From Abditibacteriaceae bacterium (GTDB lineage Bacteria > Armatimonadota > Abditibacteriia > Abditibacteriales > Abditibacteriaceae), in assembly GCA_031425655.1 (NCBI GenBank), contig JANPJS010000221.1, positions 1 through 11,374 on the forward strand: 11,374 bases of DNA, given 5' to 3'. How positions within the stretch are numbered: the stretch's first letter is position 1; every line of letters starts with the position of its first letter. The notes under the pieces are model-generated. The model searched no databases. It saw only the letters and a program-made list of their open reading frames with translations, and was not told the origin of the DNA. Made by a program: the position numbers and the translations under genes. Positions 6,293 to 11,374 of this stretch are shown here, in pieces.

Positions 6293-7228
6293 ATGGGTCA
6301 GCGTGAGATGAAGCAAACCGAGCCAGTCCGGGTTCTGCCCTTTTCCGTGGAGAATCTGCGTGCGTTGCTGCCCACGCCGAAGATGCTGTTGGACAATTGT
6401 TCCGTTTGCCACGTCATCGGCAACGGTGGCTCCAGGATGGTCAAGGGCGGCACTGTGGAATACGACACCATTCCCGCCGCCGTGCAACATTTAAATTACT
6501 TCATGCGGCTGGGAGAGCAAGTCGAGACCAATTGGCTGAATATCTGCCCGCACTGTGATCGCCTTTACTACTGCGAAGAGTCCTCTGAATTTCTAATCCC
6601 TGACAGTGAGGAGTATCAGAGGTTTGTGCCCATCCAGCCGGAGGCGGTGCTGAAGCTCTCGGCAGTGTCGTGGGCCAACGCCACCGGCAAAGGTGAGATT
6701 CACGAGCATGACGACGGAACATGGTGCATCGTCCGAGACGCGGAAAAGCTGCAACAGGTCATGCAGGCAGGCAGCCCGGAAGAAAATACGGAGACAGGCA
6801 ATGATACACCGAAGGAAATGGGCGGTGTATCCAATGAAATGAGTCGTGTGGAGCGGACTCACAAGGGTTTTTCGGGGCACGGTAGGAGGCGCCCTGAAAG
6901 GAGCAAACTTAGCGCGAGCAGCCTTCTGGTGCAGGAGATTCTCGCGGCGGCAGGACAGCCGGTTTCAGCCCACACTCTGACTATCCAAGAGATGGAACAC
7001 GCAGTAAAAGAAGGCCGCGTGCTTCAGGTTCATTACTGGAGCCACTTTGGTGAGGGAGAAGCCAGTTTCTCCTTTGCAACTGATTTTGGAATCGTTGAGG
7101 AAGGGCGAGTGCATCCCACCTATTTCGTGTTCCCCCGGCCCATCCCGCTGTTGCTACGTTGTCAGAGCGAGTCTGATTGGGAAAAAACCGATGACGTGTT
7201 TGCAGCTTTCGGCATTCACGGTGCTTAG
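6293..7228 (+). CDS. Hypothetical protein (311 aa) with two CxxC motifs (possible Zn-binding N-terminal domain); probably acquired
   Basis: AGGAG at 6282-6286. Motifs CSVCH and CPHCD. Frequent GAG/AAG/AGG codons, whereas the flanking genes mostly use GAA/AAA/CGC. No family recognised. Confidence 0.65.
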   Translation: MGQREMKQTEPVRVLPFSVENLRALLPTPKMLLDNCSVCHVIGNGGSRMVKGGTVEYDTIPAAVQHLNYFMRLGEQVETNWLNICPHCDRLYYCEESSEFLIPDSEEYQRFVPIQPEAVLKLSAVSWANATGKGEIHEHDDGTWCIVRDAEKLQQVMQAGSPEENTETGNDTPKEMGGVSNEMSRVERTHKGFSGHGRRRPERSKLSASSLLVQEILAAAGQPVSAHTLTIQEMEHAVKEGRVLQVHYWSHFGEGEASFSFATDFGIVEEGRVHPTYFVFPRPIPLLLRCQSESDWEKTDDVFAAFGIHGA

Positions 7229-7252
7229 TGGGTATATTGATGGCTTAATTTC

Positions 7253-7288
7253 CCTTCCCGTTTTACCGCCCTTTCCGACTTCCCGTTT
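7253..7288 (-). repeat. Right 36-bp inverted repeat arm
   Basis: CCTTCCCGTTTTACCGCCCTTTCCGACTTCCCGTTT, located 2 bp from the stop codon of the DUF4838-type gene. Confidence 0.9.
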
Positions 7289-7290
7289 TG

Positions 7291-9930
7291 TCATTTCAGA
7301 ATCCTCAATCCATCGTTCACCGCGATGTCTTGGGGCAGCAGCATTTTGGCGGGCGAAGGCGAAAAGTAATTGGGCACGTCGAAAAAGCGAAAATAGCCCA
7401 GACCAAAAGTTGGCCCGCCGATTTTCCACACTTTGCCGTCCAGTCCCGCAGCGACCGGAACCGACACGTAATCGCCGTCCACATTCACTTCTTTTGCGAC
7501 ATTGCCCGCCGGGTCAACGATTTGATGCGCGCCGCCGAATTGCCAATCGGCGCGCTTGTAATAATAATTGATTTCGCGGCTGCCTTTGGGCACGTAAAAG
7601 AACATCTCCGACACTTTTTGCATGGCGCGAAAGGTTTGTTTGCCTTGTGGAAGCGCCACGATTTGATCGGCGTTCCAAAACACTTGTCCGTAAGCGCCGT
7701 GATCGTGGTAGTTCAGAAAATACACGCCCGGATTGGCAACAGGCACCTCGAATTCCAGCGTTTCGCCCGCTTTGGGCTTGCCTTCCTTCAGAACTTTGCC
7801 CTTTGCGTCCGTGACTTGATAGGTTTGCTTGAGACCGCCGTAAGCGCCGCCCGCCGTGATTTTGATTTTCAGCGGCTCACCGCGCAGGCTCATCAGCGCA
7901 TATAGCGAGCCTTCCTGATAAAGCTGGCTGCTGGCCACGCCTTCGCCGCCGAAATCCACCGCGACAAGGTCGCTGGAAAACGGCTTGTCTGTGGGCACTT
8001 TCAAGTCGGGGAAATACGCCAGAGCTTCTTGAAACAAGGCTTCGGTTTCGCCGGGCGTGAGCGGTTTGTCCACTTTCCACGGCTTGGGCTTGTTCGGCTC
8101 GCTGTCTTCGTGAACCCAATCCTGACGAATCGCTTCCCAGTGGTTCATATAGGAATAACGCGCGCGATAAGCGTTGGTCCAGATTTGCAGCAGCATGGCG
8201 TCTTTTTTGGGCTGCTCCGCTTCGCGCGCCATGCGATAGTTGAGATATTCGTAGTTCAGATAGTTTTTGATGTCGTTCAATCGGCGCAAAACGTCGGGGC
8301 GATTTTTGGCCGCGACATCGGCTTCTCGCACAGCGCGAAACAAGGCGCCAATCACGCCCGGACTAATCGGCGGCGCGCTGTCCTGATAATCGTAAAACTT
8401 CTTCATCGCGGGCGCCGCCGGGCCAAAAGCCTTGTCGTAGAAGTCCTGCAAAACCGTGTCGGCGTCCAAATCGGGATTCCACATCAGCTTGTTCGCTAAA
8501 TAATAACCGCGCCCGTTGACGCCCCAGTTGTTGCTGCTTTCGGCTGAAATGCTGGTCGCGTAAGCGCCGCTGCGCGCGTTGGCGGCCTGAAAGCGGCGAA
8601 TCATGGAAATGGGATAATCTTTTCTGCCGACTCGCCCGCCGGGCCAACGGTCAAAATCCCAGCGCCACGTCGAGTAATAATCGTAAAAACCGAGGTTTTT
8701 GGCCTTTTTTGGCCATTCCTCGAACAATTCGTCTAAGGTCAGCAAACCGCCGTTGAAAGCCATCGTGAGCTGAATATAAACATTGGGTTCGAGCGCGAAA
8801 GGCGGCGGGTCGGAATGCCAGTTATAGGCATACAATCCGACCATTTTATTCTGGCCCGGATAGGCTTTTTGCAGCGCCACCGCGACTTCGTTGGCCAAGC
8901 CGAACGCAAGATCGCTCGCTGTGCCCAATTTCTTGCTTTCTTCGCTTTCACTCACGCCGCCGCCGTCCGCCGGATCAACCGAAACCATGTCGGCGTTCGG
9001 GTTTTTCTTGAAATAATCAATGGCCCAGTCCACCACCAATTTTCGCAAGCCGGGATTGGAAAGCTCAAATTGCGGCCCTTGTCGCTTGCCGCCGACTAAA
9101 GCCAAGTATTCGGGATGCTTTTGGAATTCGGCGGCGTTTTCGTGCGCGATGGCTTCATAAGCGTGGCCCGTGTTGCTGACGAAGCTGCCGCCCATGCTGT
9201 TGCGGCGCGCCCAATCGGAGTAATCGCCGCCGGCGCTGCGCGGACGCTCCGGCGTGCTTTCCGGGTGCCCGGCATCGTTGAAAATGCCCCACGCATACCA
9301 AATGCGGCGGTCGAGAAACGTCGGTCGGTCGGTGATGTCGCGCGCGAATTTCAACTCTGAAGTTTGCGGCACGATTTCCCAATTCTTATTGGGAAAAAAC
9401 CAGCGGCAGCCCAGTTCCGCGAGTAAACGATAAGCAGCGTGGCTCACACCCGAATCCGTCGCGCCAAGCAGCAGCAAACGGCCCGGTCGCGTGCGAATCG
9501 CATACGCTTCTTTGCCGTCGAAGCCGTGAAATATTTCGAGTGCCTTAGCCAGCGCTGGAACCGGAAACTCCTGGATGTTGCCCAGCACGAGGCCGTAACT
9601 TCCGTCGCCGGTTTGGATTTCAAAACTCGCGCCGGAAATGCGTTTTAAGCTCTCGGCCAATTCTTTAGCCACGGCTTTTGTGGCATCCGAAGCTTTCGCG
9701 GAAAGCACAATCGGCAACAGCGCCTTGCCGTTTTTAGCCAGCAAAAGCGGAGTTTTGCCGGCGCTGCTATTGCGCGTGATCGGCGAAATTTGCACGCCGG
9801 AGGCGCTGGGCGCGATGTTTTGCGCGGTAGCTGTCGCGTTGTGCAGTAACGAAAGCGCGGTCAGCAACACGCCGAGTCGTTTAAATCGAGCGCGCAACGC
9901 AAGGCGCTGAAAAGGGGTGGGAAAGTCCAT
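7291..9930 (-). CDS. Secreted DUF4838-domain protein (~879 aa) with a GH67/GH20-like N-terminal domain; putative glycoside hydrolase
   Basis: ORF 7291..10038; the ATG at 9930 (MDFPTPF) is preferred because AGGAG lies immediately upstream. Signal-like LGVLLTALSLLHNATATAQ. N-terminal domain EAYAIRT...LLLLGATDSGVSHAAYRLLAELGCRWFFP. DUF4838-like HPEYLALVGGKR..PQFELSNP...VSVDPADG...GLYAY and YLANKLMWNP...FYDKAFGPAAPAMKKFY. Confidence 0.85.
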   Translation of the reverse strand: MDFPTPFQRLALRARFKRLGVLLTALSLLHNATATAQNIAPSASGVQISPITRNSSAGKTPLLLAKNGKALLPIVLSAKASDATKAVAKELAESLKRISGASFEIQTGDGSYGLVLGNIQEFPVPALAKALEIFHGFDGKEAYAIRTRPGRLLLLGATDSGVSHAAYRLLAELGCRWFFPNKNWEIVPQTSELKFARDITDRPTFLDRRIWYAWGIFNDAGHPESTPERPRSAGGDYSDWARRNSMGGSFVSNTGHAYEAIAHENAAEFQKHPEYLALVGGKRQGPQFELSNPGLRKLVVDWAIDYFKKNPNADMVSVDPADGGGVSESEESKKLGTASDLAFGLANEVAVALQKAYPGQNKMVGLYAYNWHSDPPPFALEPNVYIQLTMAFNGGLLTLDELFEEWPKKAKNLGFYDYYSTWRWDFDRWPGGRVGRKDYPISMIRRFQAANARSGAYATSISAESSNNWGVNGRGYYLANKLMWNPDLDADTVLQDFYDKAFGPAAPAMKKFYDYQDSAPPISPGVIGALFRAVREADVAAKNRPDVLRRLNDIKNYLNYEYLNYRMAREAEQPKKDAMLLQIWTNAYRARYSYMNHWEAIRQDWVHEDSEPNKPKPWKVDKPLTPGETEALFQEALAYFPDLKVPTDKPFSSDLVAVDFGGEGVASSQLYQEGSLYALMSLRGEPLKIKITAGGAYGGLKQTYQVTDAKGKVLKEGKPKAGETLEFEVPVANPGVYFLNYHDHGAYGQVFWNADQIVALPQGKQTFRAMQKVSEMFFYVPKGSREINYYYKRADWQFGGAHQIVDPAGNVAKEVNVDGDYVSVPVAAGLDGKVWKIGGPTFGLGYFRFFDVPNYFSPSPAKMLLPQDIAVNDGLRILK

Positions 9931-10139
9931 TTTTCTCCTGAGATTCGCTTGCCCGCAAAACTTGTTATTTCTCTGCGCGGTGGCGAACAAATTGGCGAAT
10001 GTAGAGGTGACTTTACTCACAGGCTGTCCGGCCTTCAAGATTCCCGGCCCGGAGCCGCGATTTTAATCGCCGGGCAACCAAAGCAATGCTCGTGGCTTAG
10101 AAGCGGAGACCAAACGAAAAGCGCGTTTGTAAAGTGGTG

Positions 10140-10145
10140 TATAAT
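10140..10145 (+). promoter_or_regulatory. Candidate -10 hexamer TATAAT for the GH26-like gene
   Basis: Perfect TATAAT about 95 nt upstream of the ATG at 10241. No recognisable -35 element. Confidence 0.3.
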
Positions 10146-10240
10146 CTGGCCGCTGGATGAAGCATTCCGGGAATCGGGAAATTGAAAATCCCGCGCGGGA
10201 AATTCCGTTTCTCAGCGAAAATCTGTTTTAAGGAGAATCC

Positions 10241-11191
10241 ATGAAAGTCGTCAATGTTCGTCGTCTGGGTTATTTCACACGCAGCAAAGCCAACCGCGCC
10301 ACAAACGCCGGAGCGGTGCAAACTTTTACGGAATTTACTTCCGAATTTGGCTTTGAGCCGCACGGGGTCAACTTTTACATTTCCATCGGCCCCGCCGGTC
10401 TGAAGCAATTGGAAAAGGATGGACTATATCGAAACGGAACCCTGGTCACGGCTTTAAATGCCACGCACAAGGCGTTTTTCTCCACGGTGCAAAGTGCGCT
10501 TCAAGCCAGCAGCGCCAATGAGAAATACGTCATGCTGGGCATCGAGCCGAAAGATACGGCTGATCCTTACGGCTACGTTCTTCAACAGGAAGCATCGCTG
10601 GGCTGGGTCACCAAGCTGGCGAAGGAGCTTCATGCGTTGCAGCGGGGCGTGCCCGGTAAAAAGCTCGACATCATCTTGCGCTACGCTTCGGAAATGAATG
10701 ACACCGGCGGCCCCAATGTCTGGAGCCAGCGTCCGCCCAAAGAATACGTGGATTCGCATCGTTTGGTGCGCGATATTTTTCGCCAGCACGCGCCGAACAT
10801 TCGCTTTGCCTTCTCACCCGCGCTGCGTAAGGACATCAACGACGCCAAAATCGAGGCCATCAAAAAATACTGGCCGGAAAAGCCGGGCGACACCGAGAAA
10901 TACGTGGATGTCATCAGTTGCACCTGGTATTCCGGCACGCAGGCCGCCTTGCCCGACGCCGAAAAATTTATGCGCAAATACTTTTTGCAGCGCAAAGGCA
11001 AAGGCCTGCCTTTTGGCTTCGACGAGCTGGGCGGCATTGACGGCACCAAAGACAACGACCGCATTTTGGCTCAAATGCTGGCCTACGTTGATTCGCTGCG
11101 CCTCTCCGACGGCATAACTTTCGAATACGCCACGCTCTTTTTAGCGGGCAAATTCGGCGTGGATGTCAAACTCGGCTTCCTCGATGGCTGA
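10241..11191 (+). CDS. Glycoside hydrolase family 26-like (clan GH-A) protein, 316 aa, no signal peptide
   Basis: AAGGAG RBS just upstream. ILRYASEMN (acid/base Glu), FAFSP, KYWP...YVDVISCTWY and GLPFGFDELG (nucleophile Glu) follow the GH26 motif order. Confidence 0.72.
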   Translation: MKVVNVRRLGYFTRSKANRATNAGAVQTFTEFTSEFGFEPHGVNFYISIGPAGLKQLEKDGLYRNGTLVTALNATHKAFFSTVQSALQASSANEKYVMLGIEPKDTADPYGYVLQQEASLGWVTKLAKELHALQRGVPGKKLDIILRYASEMNDTGGPNVWSQRPPKEYVDSHRLVRDIFRQHAPNIRFAFSPALRKDINDAKIEAIKKYWPEKPGDTEKYVDVISCTWYSGTQAALPDAEKFMRKYFLQRKGKGLPFGFDELGGIDGTKDNDRILAQMLAYVDSLRLSDGITFEYATLFLAGKFGVDVKLGFLDG

Positions 11192-11374
11192 TGTCTCGAT
11201 GCTTGATGCTTGATGCTTGATGCTTGATGCTTGATGTCTCGATGCTTGATGTTTCGATGCTTGATGTTTCGATGCTTGATGTTTCGATGCTTGATGTTTC
11301 GATGCTTGATGTTTCGATGCTTGATGTTTCGATGCTTGATGTTTCGATGCTTGATGTTTCGATGCTTGATGTTT
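11190..11374. repeat. Compound tandem repeat: GATGTCTC (GATGCTT)x5 GATGTCTC, then (GATGCTTGATGTTTC)x~9; truncated by the window end
   Basis: It begins within the TGA stop (11189-11191). The 7-mers span 11198-11232. The 15-mer units span 11241-11374 (8 complete plus 14/15 of a ninth). Confidence 0.97.

Noticed and set aside
7220..7247. dif/XerCD-like site (GGTGCTTAGTG GGTATA TTGATGGCTTA) at the right end of the cassette
   Set aside because: There is partial similarity in the XerC arm and spacer, but the normally most conserved XerD arm (TTATGTTAAAT) does not match in register.
9931..10038. Longer N-terminus for the DUF4838-type ORF, or a known riboswitch in its leader
   Set aside because: The ATG at 9930 has an AGGAG RBS and precedes the signal peptide. 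I could not recognise any riboswitch consensus.

Overview
GC-rich bacterial genomic window. The gene styles loosely suggest Armatimonadota/Abditibacteriota, which is inference only. Both ends run into perfect short tandem repeats (14 bp on the left, 7/15 bp on the right), each starting at a stop codon. There are six credible CDSs: a large secreted CSLREA-like/beta-helix/choice-of-anchor Q/Calx-beta protein (-), an Amt ammonium transporter (+), a sugar-phosphate isomerase/epimerase TIM barrel (+), an orphan Cys-motif gene of foreign-looking codon usage (+), a secreted DUF4838-type protein (-) and a GH26-like hydrolase (+). The most notable content is intergenic. (i) A four-level nested structure upstream of amt: a GTAG...CTAC REP hairpin, split with a ~20-bp duplication by a 191-bp IS231/IS4-like MITE, which carries a GTAG-REP doublet, one arm of which has a 16-nt insertion. 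(ii) A 1.1-kb orphan cassette bounded by 36-bp inverted repeats, with an internal CTTAATTT direct repeat. (iii) A CTWAATTT octamer between the arms of three otherwise unrelated palindromic elements. (iv) An actinobacterial GlnR-box-like site upstream of amt. All counts and alignments were made by eye.
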